Shown piece by piece: positions 1-9,837 of a stretch of 64,000 nt of DNA. The position numbers and the translations under genes are program-made. Numbering within the stretch: the stretch's first letter is position 1; every line of letters begins with the position of its first letter. The notes beneath the pieces were generated by a model. That model worked only from the letters and a program-made list of their open reading frames with translations. It ran no database searches and had not been told where the DNA came from. This DNA is from Oceanispirochaeta sp. (GTDB lineage Bacteria > Spirochaetota > Spirochaetia > DSM-2461), in assembly GCA_963666275.2 (NCBI GenBank), contig CAXXOA010000001.1:2400001-2464000 (forward strand). The letters run 5' to 3'.

Positions 1-1266
1 CTTTTCACGGGCCTTCTTTTCCACCTCAGCCAGATCCACACCGCGTCCGTCATCCCCGAAAAGGATTCTGATTCCCTTACCGTCGTGAAAGGCATTGAGA
101 GAAATGGTTCCCACAGGATTTTTTCCCGCGTCCATCCTTTCGGCGGGAGTTTCTATCCCATGACTCAGGGCGTTCCTGATAAGCTGAATAAGCACGCGGG
201 AAACCAGTTCCAGACTCCGGATACTCAATCCGAACTGACCGCCCCGGAAATCCGTAGTGACCTGTTTTTCCATCCTTTCAGCCGAATCTTTCACAAATCT
301 CTTGAGATTACTGTAGAGAGACGACAGGGGAATTAGAGAAACCGCATTGAGGTTCTGTTCCATCTCCCTGATAAGCCCCAGAAGAGGTTCCTTCTGATAG
401 ATCCCCGGAGCCATGGGGAGGACAATCTCTTTCATCTCCATAAGACTCTCTTTCATCTTTGCCAGAGAGTCAGTTTCAAGCTCCACCTTGCTCATCACAG
501 GTGCCAGAGCTTCCTGAACCATGATATCTGACTGGGCCACAGCCCCCCGGCCGCCGGGAGAACCGAAATGGGAGTAATCCATCTGAACCAGACTGGTCTG
601 AAGGATTCCGTCCACATTGACCGCATCAAAAATGGGCAAATCCCCTTCCTGGCTTGTAAGAATGAAAGTCAGAGAGGAATAATCCTGATCTTCCCTGTCC
701 GGTTCGGGATAGGTATAAACCACATTGGTCTTCAGTTCCAGATTACTCAGAACCAGAAAGGCCCTGACATAGGGAAGTCTTTCATCGGGATCCAGCTGAA
801 CTGTCAGGCAGAAAAGGGAGTCCCCCCTCCGTTCGGCTTCCCAGAGAAGCTGCTTCTGAAAGGGGTTCAGCTCAATGACTTCATCCCCTCCGGCTCTTCC
901 CGACAGGGAGATCTCGATGGGTTCATCGCTCTGATCCAGGTAAAAATCCTGCTGGGAGTCCTCAGAATTCCGCAGAAGAGACTCCAGTCTGGGCAGAGAA
1001 GCGGAAAGTTTTTCGGCCAGAGCGAAAAACTCCTTTGTCCCCCTTGTATTTTTCATCTGTTCAAAGAGAGATTCCATGGAATGGATATGGGTTTCCACAG
1101 GAATGAGCTGAAAAAAAGCCGCACCTGATTTCAATGAGTGGAGATGACGGAAAAGATCATCCATAACAGACTCTTCCGGTTCATCCTGACGACACATTGA
1201 GATCTGTTTTTTTAAATCCTGAATAAGAGGTCCCGCATCGGAAAGGAACTCTTTCAGATGGGTCAT
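1..1266 (-). CDS. Divergent CheA-like chemotaxis histidine kinase (Hpt-P2-dimerisation-HATPase); 3' end runs off the window
   Basis: Not in the ORF track. Hand translation from ATG 1266 (ATGA overlap with the upstream stop) is open to base 1. It contains Hpt motif DDLFRHLHSLKSGA, P2-like RAFLVLSNLE, N-box QLIRNALSHGIETPAER and G1-box GDDGRGVDL. Confidence 0.85.
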   Translation of the reverse strand, partial: MTHLKEFLSDAGPLIQDLKKQISMCRQDEPEESVMDDLFRHLHSLKSGAAFFQLIPVETHIHSMESLFEQMKNTRGTKEFFALAEKLSASLPRLESLLRNSEDSQQDFYLDQSDEPIEISLSGRAGGDEVIELNPFQKQLLWEAERRGDSLFCLTVQLDPDERLPYVRAFLVLSNLELKTNVVYTYPEPDREDQDYSSLTFILTSQEGDLPIFDAVNVDGILQTSLVQMDYSHFGSPGGRGAVAQSDIMVQEALAPVMSKVELETDSLAKMKESLMEMKEIVLPMAPGIYQKEPLLGLIREMEQNLNAVSLIPLSSLYSNLKRFVKDSAERMEKQVTTDFRGGQFGLSIRSLELVSRVLIQLIRNALSHGIETPAERMDAGKNPVGTISLNAFHDGKGIRILFGDDGRGVDLAEVEKKAREK

Positions 1267-1793
1267 CGCTCACCGCCTTCTGTCTGAAGAGAGATAATAA
1301 GATCCACTTCGGCAATGGAAGCCTGCAGTTTCTGGGATATGATATCTGCCGAAAATCCCTGACCGTAGAGTTCCATGACCCGGTCTTTGAGGCTTTTCTT
1401 TTTCTCTTCTTTTTCATGGTTCAGCTCTTCATCGGCCAATGTGAGCTGGAGAGTGGACTTTTCCTGGGGAGGTTCCGGAGGAGTGACCAGAGTATTTTTT
1501 TTCAGATGCGTATAGACCTGACGGGAAAGATCGGATTTCTCCTGTTCTTTCTGAAGGAGCATAAGCTTTCTGTCAGCTTCTCCCAGAAGGGATTCCAGAG
1601 CCTTAATCCTGTCTTCCAGGAGGGCGACATTCCTTTCGGCCGTCTGATTCATTTCCAGAACCAGCTGATCTATTTCATCCCGTATGCTGCTGACCCACTG
1701 CTCGCTGGACAAGGCCTTGTCAATTCTTTTTTTTAAAAAGTAGAATCCCCCCGCAATTGCCAGAAGGGCCAGCGCCAGAATAACACCAATCAT
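1263..1793 (-). CDS. SwrB/DUF6115-like membrane-anchored flagellar-operon protein
   Basis: N-terminal TM helix, coiled coil, and C-terminal HTH-like ELYGQGFSADIISQKL..EVDLIISL; lies at the distal end of the fla operon. Confidence 0.6.
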   Translation of the reverse strand: MIGVILALALLAIAGGFYFLKKRIDKALSSEQWVSSIRDEIDQLVLEMNQTAERNVALLEDRIKALESLLGEADRKLMLLQKEQEKSDLSRQVYTHLKKNTLVTPPEPPQEKSTLQLTLADEELNHEKEEKKKSLKDRVMELYGQGFSADIISQKLQASIAEVDLIISLQTEGGER

Positions 1794-1808
1794 ATATCTC
1801 CCTGAAGC

Positions 1809-2135
1809 TTATCCGGATATATCAATATGATTTCCCATTTCAGGGTCCCGGACTACCTGCTGCTTTTTTTTCTCTTCCTCTTTCTTTTCCGCCGAAGCCT
1901 GCTGCCTGTTTTCTTCCTGCTTTTCTTGGCCCGGTTCTTTCTCTTCGACCTTTCCGGATTCGCGATCCTCTTTTGTCGCATTGACCGAACTGTCCTGAAG
2001 AAGTTGCTGCTCCACCAGTTTCCTGGCTTCTTCATTCTGCTGAAGAGCAGAAGCCTGCTGATTGTGAGATTGCTCTTTGCTGACCTCGTTCAATCTGACA
2101 AACATGGTTTGCAGATCCAGAGGTTTAATAGACAT
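1809..2135 (-). CDS. Conserved hypothetical flagellar-operon protein
   Basis: Start MSIKPLDLQ with GGAGGTG SD; Q/E/K-rich; C-terminal DPEMGNHIDISG; follows fapA. Confidence 0.7.
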   Translation of the reverse strand: MSIKPLDLQTMFVRLNEVSKEQSHNQQASALQQNEEARKLVEQQLLQDSSVNATKEDRESGKVEEKEPGQEKQEENRQQASAEKKEEEKKKQQVVRDPEMGNHIDISG

Positions 2136-2165
2136 ACGCACCTCCCGGAGCAAAGACCAAGAGTC

Positions 2166-4124
2166 TTAATCCCGCCTCTGCAGCGCTTCCTCCTCGATGT
2201 CCTCATACTTGTCGGTTGTAATAAAACCGTCTTTCAGGACAAAGGTCACAGGATAATCGTAGGGGTTGGTAACCTCATACTCATCATCCTTTATATATAT
2301 TTTAACACCACTATTCACATTACTGGAGGCGGAAATTTTCCCCTGAAGCTGAAGGACCGAAATATACTCCCTTTTCTGCTCCAGAGACTCTTTAACCTTC
2401 TCCATTTCATCCACAAGGTCATTATGCCGCGATCTCAGCTCCTGAAAGAGCTTCTCTTTTTCGGCACTGAGCTTCTTCTTGGCCCGTTTCTGCTTCATCA
2501 GCCCCTGAAGATTCCTGTCAATGTCGTTCTGTTCGCGGTCCAGTTCCACCTGCAGCTTTTCAAGTTCGTCCAGTTCCTCTTTGGCTTTGGGATCATAACC
2601 GACTCTGAGAATCGTTTCGGCGCCCCCCTTGGATCCCAGGGTGGCGGCATTGATCTCTTCTGCCGCTTTGAGTTCTCCCCCCACGATCCGGGCTCTCTTT
2701 CCTTTACAGAGGATTTTGGAGGAGGCATCCACATGAGCATGAACGATTCCATCACTCACAATGACATTTTCTCCCGCTTCGGCATTGGCATTGTTGATAA
2801 AACTGGACCAGATGGACCGGCCAGCCGAGATATGACCGAACTCCCCTTCTCCGCCGTTGATACCCCGTTTCACAACGATATCACCGCCTGCCGTAAGATT
2901 GGACTTACCGACAAAACCGTTCACTTCGATATTACCCTGGGCGGAAACGGTATACCCGTCCTCCACATTTCCCTTGATAATAACTGTCCCCAGTCCGTTC
3001 ACATTTCCCGTTGCCGCATTAACATCACCGGGAATGACAAGAACTGTTTCGACTGTAATCTTGCCCTTCAGAAGAAGGACCTGCCCACTGGCCGAGGCGA
3101 TGACAGTCTTACCGTTATCAGTTATGGAAACATTCTTTCCCAGTCCGATCTGAATATCAGATCCGTCTTTGGCAGGGATATATTTACCGTAAACGGTTCT
3201 TCCGTCTTTACCGGCCTCAGGGGGTATTTTTCTGGCAAGGGGCTGTCCTTTCACCACATTCTGTATAAGGTTCAGCTCTTTGAAATCCACGGTTCCGTCG
3301 CTTTTCTGTTTGAGCTTCACCTGAGAGGGATCCACTTCGAACAGATAGGAGATCGAGGCATTCCGGCCGTTCACAGCCTGTTCTCCCCGGGCGATCAGAT
3401 AGGGTTGATTATACACAGGATGATCCTCGAACTGTATAAGGGCATCTTCCAGTATTCCGAAAACTACATTGTTATTTCTCAGGAAGGATGTAATATCCGA
3501 GGATGTGAGATCCGCTCCTCCGGGACCGGGTTCCGCCACATTGATATATGCTTCCATTTCATCCTGGGAAACTTCCACTGTGGGTCGGGCATCGTTAACA
3601 GGATTGTAGATATAGTCGCCCACTTTGACATACACGCTGTCCGCTTTTTCAATGGTCGTTTTGATCTTCTCTTCATCGGGATCTCCGATCTGTCTCCTGG
3701 CCAGCTCAAACATGACCTGATCCATACTCACGGCCTGTCCGTTCTCCCCGGGAGGCGTGACTTTCAGATAGGCACCGTCATTGGCTAGACGGACGGAAAA
3801 GTCTCCGTCAACAATGATTTTCTCTTCTTCAACGCCCTCTTCTTCAAAGTCTTCAAAGACATCTTCCCCATCGACCCGTGAAACAGTTCGTCTCTCCATT
3901 TCATAGACCATAAGGGTGAAGTCTTTTCTGCCGACTCCGATGAAACCGCGCTTTCCTCTCTCCAGAGTCTCGTATTCAAGACGCCTGACAGGAACACCGA
4001 TTTCTATAGCCGCCTGGCTGAGAGCTTCTTCTATTGTTCTACCAGTCACTTCAACAGACTTGCGTTCTCTGTCTTTCAAAGACATTTCCCGCATGGTCTC
4101 CTGAAACTGATCCTGGTCAATCAT
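2166..4124 (-). CDS. fapA: FapA/DUF342-family flagellar assembly protein with N-terminal Jag_N-like domain
   Basis: GTVDFKEL..QNVVKGQPLA motif, beta-helix repeats (GNVEDGYTVSAQGNIEV, IVGGELKA) and a coiled-coil insert; N-terminal VEVTGRTIEEALSQA..RGFIGVG resembles Jag_N. Confidence 0.85.
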   Translation of the reverse strand: MIDQDQFQETMREMSLKDRERKSVEVTGRTIEEALSQAAIEIGVPVRRLEYETLERGKRGFIGVGRKDFTLMVYEMERRTVSRVDGEDVFEDFEEEGVEEEKIIVDGDFSVRLANDGAYLKVTPPGENGQAVSMDQVMFELARRQIGDPDEEKIKTTIEKADSVYVKVGDYIYNPVNDARPTVEVSQDEMEAYINVAEPGPGGADLTSSDITSFLRNNNVVFGILEDALIQFEDHPVYNQPYLIARGEQAVNGRNASISYLFEVDPSQVKLKQKSDGTVDFKELNLIQNVVKGQPLARKIPPEAGKDGRTVYGKYIPAKDGSDIQIGLGKNVSITDNGKTVIASASGQVLLLKGKITVETVLVIPGDVNAATGNVNGLGTVIIKGNVEDGYTVSAQGNIEVNGFVGKSNLTAGGDIVVKRGINGGEGEFGHISAGRSIWSSFINNANAEAGENVIVSDGIVHAHVDASSKILCKGKRARIVGGELKAAEEINAATLGSKGGAETILRVGYDPKAKEELDELEKLQVELDREQNDIDRNLQGLMKQKRAKKKLSAEKEKLFQELRSRHNDLVDEMEKVKESLEQKREYISVLQLQGKISASSNVNSGVKIYIKDDEYEVTNPYDYPVTFVLKDGFITTDKYEDIEEEALQRRD

Positions 4125-4125
4125 G

Positions 4126-4914
4126 TTACATGATTCCTTTTTTCATATTCGTCAGTTTTGATCTCAGACGCATAATCGCCTTTGTATGCAGCTGGGAGAT
4201 CCTTGACTCGGTTACTTCCAGAACTTTTCCGATCTCTTTCAGAGTCAGATCTTCGTAGTAGTAAAGCACAAGGACTTTCTGCTCTTTTTCAGGAAGCTCA
4301 TGGATCGCTTCGGCAATAACTCTCTTGATTTCATCCTTTTCCGCGATGGTTTCCGGCTGCAGGCTCGTGGGAGATTCAATGCTGTCCTGAATGGAGACTT
4401 TGTCGTTTTCATCGCCCGCATACCAGACATCGTTCAGAGAAAGGATAGAGGTTCCTCTGACCTTCAGGATCATCTGATTGTACTGTTCGGTCGACATATT
4501 CATGGCTCCCGCTACTTCCTGATCGGTCACAGCCCTTCCCAGACTGGATTCCAGATGCTGTATGGTATCTTCTATCTCCCTTGTTTTCTGCCTTACCGAA
4601 CGGGGAACCCAGTCTATCGAGCGGAGTTCATCAAAAATGGCACCACGGATTCTGGTGACCGCATATGTTTTAAATTTGACATGCTTTTCAGGGTCAAATT
4701 TTTCAATGGCATCAAAAAGACCGAAAACTCCGAATCCCACAAGATCATCAAAGTCCACGCTCTGAGGCATGCCGACAGAGATTTTTCCGGCAACGTATTT
4801 AACCAGGGGAGCATATTGTCTGATTAAAGTATCGCGAATTTTCTGGTCGTGAGTTTTCCTGTACTCAATCCATAATTCTTCTTCTGTTAATTTTTCCATC
4901 ACTTCCTCAGACAT
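4126..4914 (-). CDS. fliA: RNA polymerase sigma-28 factor FliA/WhiG
   Basis: [29 protein letters not shown]; region 4 [21 protein letters not shown]. Confidence 0.97.
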   Translation of the reverse strand: MSEEVMEKLTEEELWIEYRKTHDQKIRDTLIRQYAPLVKYVAGKISVGMPQSVDFDDLVGFGVFGLFDAIEKFDPEKHVKFKTYAVTRIRGAIFDELRSIDWVPRSVRQKTREIEDTIQHLESSLGRAVTDQEVAGAMNMSTEQYNQMILKVRGTSILSLNDVWYAGDENDKVSIQDSIESPTSLQPETIAEKDEIKRVIAEAIHELPEKEQKVLVLYYYEDLTLKEIGKVLEVTESRISQLHTKAIMRLRSKLTNMKKGIM

Positions 4915-4927
4915 TTACGACCACTTC

Positions 4928-5593
4928 CTATTTCTGCTGATCTCTGCTTAACACAGTTTTAACGGCTTTGGCAATCTCTTCGGGATCGCTGTTATCCGCC
5001 ATTCCCGATCCCCTCTGAGAGGATCTCATTGAAACTTCCGGTTCCGATGGCGTTTCCACATCCATATCATCCGGGTCATCTGAACGTCCTGCTGAAGAGG
5101 ATCCGAAATCCAGATTATCAAGACTCGGAAGAACATCGACTGAAGCTCCTCCTCCCTGAATCGTCACAGTATCCATTGCAGATTCTTCCAGTTTACTATT
5201 ATGCACATTTCCGTCGGATTCTGCAATTTGATTCTCTCCATCCTCAAGCTCATCCAGCTGCTCCGGCTGGCCGGCAAAAGAAGCTCCCCCGGGATTATCA
5301 CTGTCATCATCCAGAACAATATTGACCCGGGATCCGGCCTGATCGGAAGATGCCTGGTCTGAATCGTTTTTAGAGGGGGATTCGCTCCCGTCGGATATCA
5401 GCAGCTCCGGTAGATAGGTTTTCACAGCCCAGGCCGATCCCATGACAAAAACAAAGGTCACTGCGGCTGTGATGAGGGCTCTGAAAAGAACCACCCCGGC
5501 GGAAACACCGCTGAGAAGTCCAATCAGAACAGACAGAATAAGCGCTCCGCCTGTCAGGGATGCTGGAATTATGATATTACGTCCGGCTTTCAA
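4928..5593 (-). CDS. flgV: Probable FlgV-like flagellar basal-body membrane protein
   Basis: Two N-terminal TM helices, acidic disordered linker and C-terminal helix DPEEIAKAVKTVL; position flhF-flhG-X-fliA is the known flgV slot. Assigned by synteny and architecture only. Confidence 0.6.
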   Translation of the reverse strand: MKAGRNIIIPASLTGGALILSVLIGLLSGVSAGVVLFRALITAAVTFVFVMGSAWAVKTYLPELLISDGSESPSKNDSDQASSDQAGSRVNIVLDDDSDNPGGASFAGQPEQLDELEDGENQIAESDGNVHNSKLEESAMDTVTIQGGGASVDVLPSLDNLDFGSSSAGRSDDPDDMDVETPSEPEVSMRSSQRGSGMADNSDPEEIAKAVKTVLSRDQQK

Positions 5594-5617
5594 TAGAACA
5601 ATTCCCTCCCTCTTATA

Positions 5618-5646
5618 AAATTAGAAGAAAAATTTCTTCCCGTCAA
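5618..5646 (-). promoter_or_regulatory. Putative internal sigma70 promoter for flgV-fliA with an inverted repeat in the spacer
   Basis: - strand TTGACG-N17-TAATTT; spacer contains GAAGAAA-TT-TTTCTTC. Confidence 0.4.
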
Positions 5647-5647
5647 C

Positions 5648-6535
5648 CTATTCCATCCGCCGCATAAGACGTTTAATGAACTGGGAGACCCCTTTCCCCT
5701 CTTTAAACTCGACATTTTCAAGGCGTCCCACGATGTGCTGGATACAGGTGGAAGCCTGCCCTTTCGGATCAGCCACCATGAAAGGGAGCTGCTTTCTCAC
5801 CGCTGTGGGAACGGCAGCATCATCATAGACGAATCCCAGATAGTCCACTTTGAGATTGAGGAACTGGGCGGCAATGCTGATAACCTTGTGGGCCACTTTT
5901 TTGGCTTCCGTAACGCTGGCTACCCGGTTGACAATCAGTTTCATACTCAGATCCAGATTATCTATTTCGGTGGAAATGATTTTAATGATCCCGTAGGCAT
6001 CGGTTATGGAGGTCGGTTCGGGAGTCGTAACAATCAGAACTTCATCGGCAGCTTCTACAAAAGAGAGAACATTATGACTCACACCGGCGCTTGTATCGAT
6101 GATTATGATGTCCGCAGCGGAAAGTTCGGAAAGCTCGGCAATAAAATTGTTTCTTTCGTCATCTGTCAGGTTCGCTACCCGGGAGAATCCGGAGGCCCCG
6201 GCCACGATCTGAATGCCGTAATTGGTATCCAGAATGACTTCCTTCATTGTTTTCTGCTTTCTGATAACATGATAAAGGTTGAATTTGGGAATAACTCCCA
6301 AAACGACATTTACATTTGCCAGGCCCAGGTCAGCATCCAGGACAATGACCTTTTTACCCAGTTTGGCATATCCCAGAGCCAGGTTTATAGAGACATTTGT
6401 TTTCCCTACGCCCCCTTTTCCGCTTGCCACGGTAATAATGCGGGTTTTATGCTCTGCATTAACCGAGGGTTCTCCAGAGCCGGCACCGTTTTTCTTTTTC
6501 ATCATCTCCCGCAAGAGTTCTGCTTGATCCTGCAT
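5648..6535 (-). CDS. flhG: MinD/ParA-family flagellar number regulator FlhG
   Basis: N-terminal DQAELLR activator helix, SGKGGVGKT, DADLGLANV, TTPEPTSITDAY. Confidence 0.95.
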   Translation of the reverse strand: MQDQAELLREMMKKKNGAGSGEPSVNAEHKTRIITVASGKGGVGKTNVSINLALGYAKLGKKVIVLDADLGLANVNVVLGVIPKFNLYHVIRKQKTMKEVILDTNYGIQIVAGASGFSRVANLTDDERNNFIAELSELSAADIIIIDTSAGVSHNVLSFVEAADEVLIVTTPEPTSITDAYGIIKIISTEIDNLDLSMKLIVNRVASVTEAKKVAHKVISIAAQFLNLKVDYLGFVYDDAAVPTAVRKQLPFMVADPKGQASTCIQHIVGRLENVEFKEGKGVSQFIKRLMRRME

Positions 6536-6539
6536 CCTA

Positions 6540-7718
6540 TCAGCTCCACACCTTTGTATATTTCTTTTCCAGTTTTTCTATTATCTGTTCTTTATCGCAT
6601 CCGAATCCCACCAGATATTCCAGAAGCTTTCCTCTCACGTCCCTTGTGATGTCCTGAGGAACGCCCTGTCCGTCGGTCAGAAAGGAGAGAGGTTTCTTTT
6701 TTTCCGCAAGGATACTGATCAGGTTCCCCACCCGTGTTGTTTCATCCAGTTTTGTCAGGATGACGGATTTGTAGTGGAAAGGCTCGAACTGATCCAGGAT
6801 TTCCCTTATATCCTTGTCTTTGGTGGTTGCAGAAATGGCGAGATGAATCTCACTGCCTTCGCCGCAGGCTTCCACAATGGTGCGCATTTCGGCAAGTTTC
6901 ATAAAATCCCTCGGACTTTTACCGATGGTATCCACCAGGATAAGGTCCTGGTCCCTGTTCAGATCAATCTTCTCTTTCAGGTCCTGAAAGGATTCGGCCG
7001 TAAAGACAGGAATCCCCATAATGTCCCCGTAGGTTTCAATCTGGGTGCGGGCACCGATTCTGTAGTTGTCTATGGTGATCATGCATACAGAGAGGGACTG
7101 GGCTCCTGAGGTAATGCCGTTGATGGCGGCCAGTTTGGCTATGGTGGTGGTTTTTCCGACTCCCGTGGGACCCACCAGAACAAACACCCGGGGGGACGGC
7201 ATGGGGGTCTCATGCTGGAACTGAATGGATTCCCCGATCCACTCCATAACGGCTTCTTCAAGCAGGCTGAACTGTTCCAGATCTTCCAGAGAAAACTCTC
7301 TTTTGAGCCTGTTGATCATGTCCTCTGTATATTCGGTGGAAAAATCGTTTTCCAGAAGTAAAGCCCGGATCTGTTCCAGAGAAGGGTGCAGTTCCCGGAC
7401 TTCACTCCGGTTCATGCCCTGGTTCATGTGATTCTTCAGTTCCTGGACCTCTTTCAGAACCTGATCGATGGTTCCGCTTTTCTGGGTCATGGAAAGGATC
7501 TCTTTTTTATTCTGCTCATCCTGAATCTTTCTGTTTGCTGCAGGGGTATCGGTAATATAGCCTGTGTATTCCACGCCATCTTTTGTAAACAGTCCCAGAA
7601 AACCGCCTATCCGCACGTTTTTATAGAACATGATTTTTGCTCTGTCACCGTATTTCATGCGGATTCTCGTCACAACTTCTTTATGACTTGTACCGGTTTC
7701 CGTAAAATGTTGTTCCAT
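6540..7718 (-). CDS. flhF: SRP-type GTPase FlhF
   Basis: [33 protein letters not shown]. Confidence 0.96.
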   Translation of the reverse strand: MEQHFTETGTSHKEVVTRIRMKYGDRAKIMFYKNVRIGGFLGLFTKDGVEYTGYITDTPAANRKIQDEQNKKEILSMTQKSGTIDQVLKEVQELKNHMNQGMNRSEVRELHPSLEQIRALLLENDFSTEYTEDMINRLKREFSLEDLEQFSLLEEAVMEWIGESIQFQHETPMPSPRVFVLVGPTGVGKTTTIAKLAAINGITSGAQSLSVCMITIDNYRIGARTQIETYGDIMGIPVFTAESFQDLKEKIDLNRDQDLILVDTIGKSPRDFMKLAEMRTIVEACGEGSEIHLAISATTKDKDIREILDQFEPFHYKSVILTKLDETTRVGNLISILAEKKKPLSFLTDGQGVPQDITRDVRGKLLEYLVGFGCDKEQIIEKLEKKYTKVWS

Positions 7719-7730
7719 ACCTTACCTTTT

Positions 7731-9821
7731 TTATACCTGCATTTGTTCTACAGTGATGACACCGAGAGATTCAATATTTATATCATTGGAGACTTCGGGA
7801 ACAGAAATCACAGCAAGATCCGGCATGGACCGGACTGTAGAAGATTTCACAAGTGGTCTTGCTGCTTCACTGGTCAGGAGAACAGGATAATACCCCAGTT
7901 CCTGAATTCCTCTGACACTGTTGGCTACACTGTTGATCCAGACTCTCTGAAAATCCGGATCCAGTGCCGCAATATCACCGGTTCCCGTCTCCATACGGGA
8001 ATCGATAATGCTCTGTTCCACCGAAGGCTCTATGGTAAGAACCTTCAGTTCCTTATCCTCTGTAGCATACTGTAAACATATCTGTCTTCCAAGGGCCTGC
8101 CGTACTTTTTCTGTCAGGAAACCGGCCTCTTTGGTAACGCCGCCGTAATCGCTGACAGCTTCCAGAATCATCACGAGATTCCTGATGGAGACCTGTTCTT
8201 TCAGAAGGTTCTGCAGGACTTTCTGGATCTCTCCGGTACCGAACAGCTTCCGGACTTCATCCACCACAGCAGGGTAGTCGTCCTTCAGGGCGTCCAGCAT
8301 GGCCTGTACTTCCTGACGGCCCAGAATTTCAGGAGCATGCCGCTTGATAATCTCGGTCAGGTGGGTGGCAATAATGGAGGGAGGATCCACAACCGTATAC
8401 CCTTCCCTTTCTGCAAGATCTCTCTGATCTCCGCTGATCCATACGGCGGGAAGACCAAAAGCAGGATCCGTGGCGGCTTCTCCTTCCAGAACAGCCCTGT
8501 CGCCGCCGGGATTGATGGCCATATAGTGATCAATCCTGATCAGCCCGCGGCCGACTTCCACGCCCTTGATTTTCAGGCAGTATTCCGAGGGTTCCAGTCT
8601 CATATTATCTATGATACGGATCCTGGGAACCACCAGCCCCAGATCCAGAGCGGCTTCTTTCCGGATTCGGGTGATACGTTCAAGCAGTTCCGCCCCCTGG
8701 TCTTTGTCTACCAGAGGAATCAGGCCGTACCCCAGTTCCAGAGAAAGAGGATCAAAAGGGACAACCGGAGACATTTCGGCGGGAGCTTCCGTTTCCTTTT
8801 CCGCCGTAGCCTTTTCAGCCGCCAGAGCCTCCTCGGATTTTCTCTGCCCCAGCCTGTAGGCGGTAAAACCCGAGAGGAGCCCCATGGGAATCAGCAGATA
8901 CCAGGGGAATCCGGGAAGGACCCCCAGGAGGATCAGGAAGGCACTGGCAATCCCGTAGATCCTGGCCTGAGAGGTAAACTGGGTGGAAACATCATCCCCG
9001 AAGGTGCCTTCCGAAATGGACCTTGTCACCACAAGACCTGTGGCCACCGAGATCAGAAGGGCCGGAAGCTGTGAAACCAGACCGTCTCCGATGGTCAGGG
9101 AAGTATAGGTCGAGAGGGCTGAGAAAAAGGGTTCTCCATGTATGGAGATGCCGACGACAAGGCCGCCGATGATATTGATCAGAGTAATGACTATACCGAC
9201 TTTCACGTTTCCCGATACGAATTTGGACGCACCGTCCATAGCTCCGTAGAAGTCGACTGATTTCTGGAGATGATCTTTTCTCTTGCGGGACTCCTCTTCT
9301 GTAATCGCGCCGGAGTTGAGCTCCGCTTCTATGGCCATCTGTTTACCGGGCATGGCATCCAGGGCGAAACGGGCCGCCACTTCGGAAACTCTGGAAGCAC
9401 CTTTGGTAATAACCATGAACTGAACCGCTACGATGATGACGAAGATAATAATTCCCACCACGATTCCTTCCCGGCCGGTGGATCCCACCACAAAGGTGGC
9501 AAAGGCCCGGACGATTTTTCCGTCGAAAAGCTCCCCTTTGGTCAGGATCAGCCTGGTTGAAGAAACGTTCAGAGCCAGAGAGAACACCGTGGAGATCAGC
9601 AGCATTGTGGGAAAAACAGAGAAATCCAGAGGATCCTTGTTATACATGACAATCAGGATAATCATGAGGCTGAGCATCAGATTCAACACCATCAACCCGT
9701 CCAGAAGAAAGGTGGGGAGAGGTATTATCAGCATGATGACTACCGAGAGGACACCCACAGCCACCAGCATGTCGCTGTTTTTCCCACTCAGCAGATTTTT
9801 AACTTGATCCTGCAAAGCCAT
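7731..9821 (-). CDS. flhA: Flagellar export gate protein FlhA
   Basis: FHIPEP motif RVSEVAARFALDAMPGKQMAI, FYGAMDGASKFV. Confidence 0.98.
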   Translation of the reverse strand: MALQDQVKNLLSGKNSDMLVAVGVLSVVIMLIIPLPTFLLDGLMVLNLMLSLMIILIVMYNKDPLDFSVFPTMLLISTVFSLALNVSSTRLILTKGELFDGKIVRAFATFVVGSTGREGIVVGIIIFVIIVAVQFMVITKGASRVSEVAARFALDAMPGKQMAIEAELNSGAITEEESRKRKDHLQKSVDFYGAMDGASKFVSGNVKVGIVITLINIIGGLVVGISIHGEPFFSALSTYTSLTIGDGLVSQLPALLISVATGLVVTRSISEGTFGDDVSTQFTSQARIYGIASAFLILLGVLPGFPWYLLIPMGLLSGFTAYRLGQRKSEEALAAEKATAEKETEAPAEMSPVVPFDPLSLELGYGLIPLVDKDQGAELLERITRIRKEAALDLGLVVPRIRIIDNMRLEPSEYCLKIKGVEVGRGLIRIDHYMAINPGGDRAVLEGEAATDPAFGLPAVWISGDQRDLAEREGYTVVDPPSIIATHLTEIIKRHAPEILGRQEVQAMLDALKDDYPAVVDEVRKLFGTGEIQKVLQNLLKEQVSIRNLVMILEAVSDYGGVTKEAGFLTEKVRQALGRQICLQYATEDKELKVLTIEPSVEQSIIDSRMETGTGDIAALDPDFQRVWINSVANSVRGIQELGYYPVLLTSEAARPLVKSSTVRSMPDLAVISVPEVSNDINIESLGVITVEQMQV

Positions 9822-9837
9822 TATTCACTTCCTTCCA

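Noticed and set aside
85..1128. + strand ORFs 85-336 and 568-1128
   Set aside because: Antisense to the CheA-like gene, which has clear motifs.
1827..3788. 653-aa + strand ORF and other long + strand ORFs (26154-27752, 36580-37584, 40614-41861, 34998-35927, 5735-6649)
   Set aside because: Antisense shadows of well-supported - strand genes, with no recognisable motifs.
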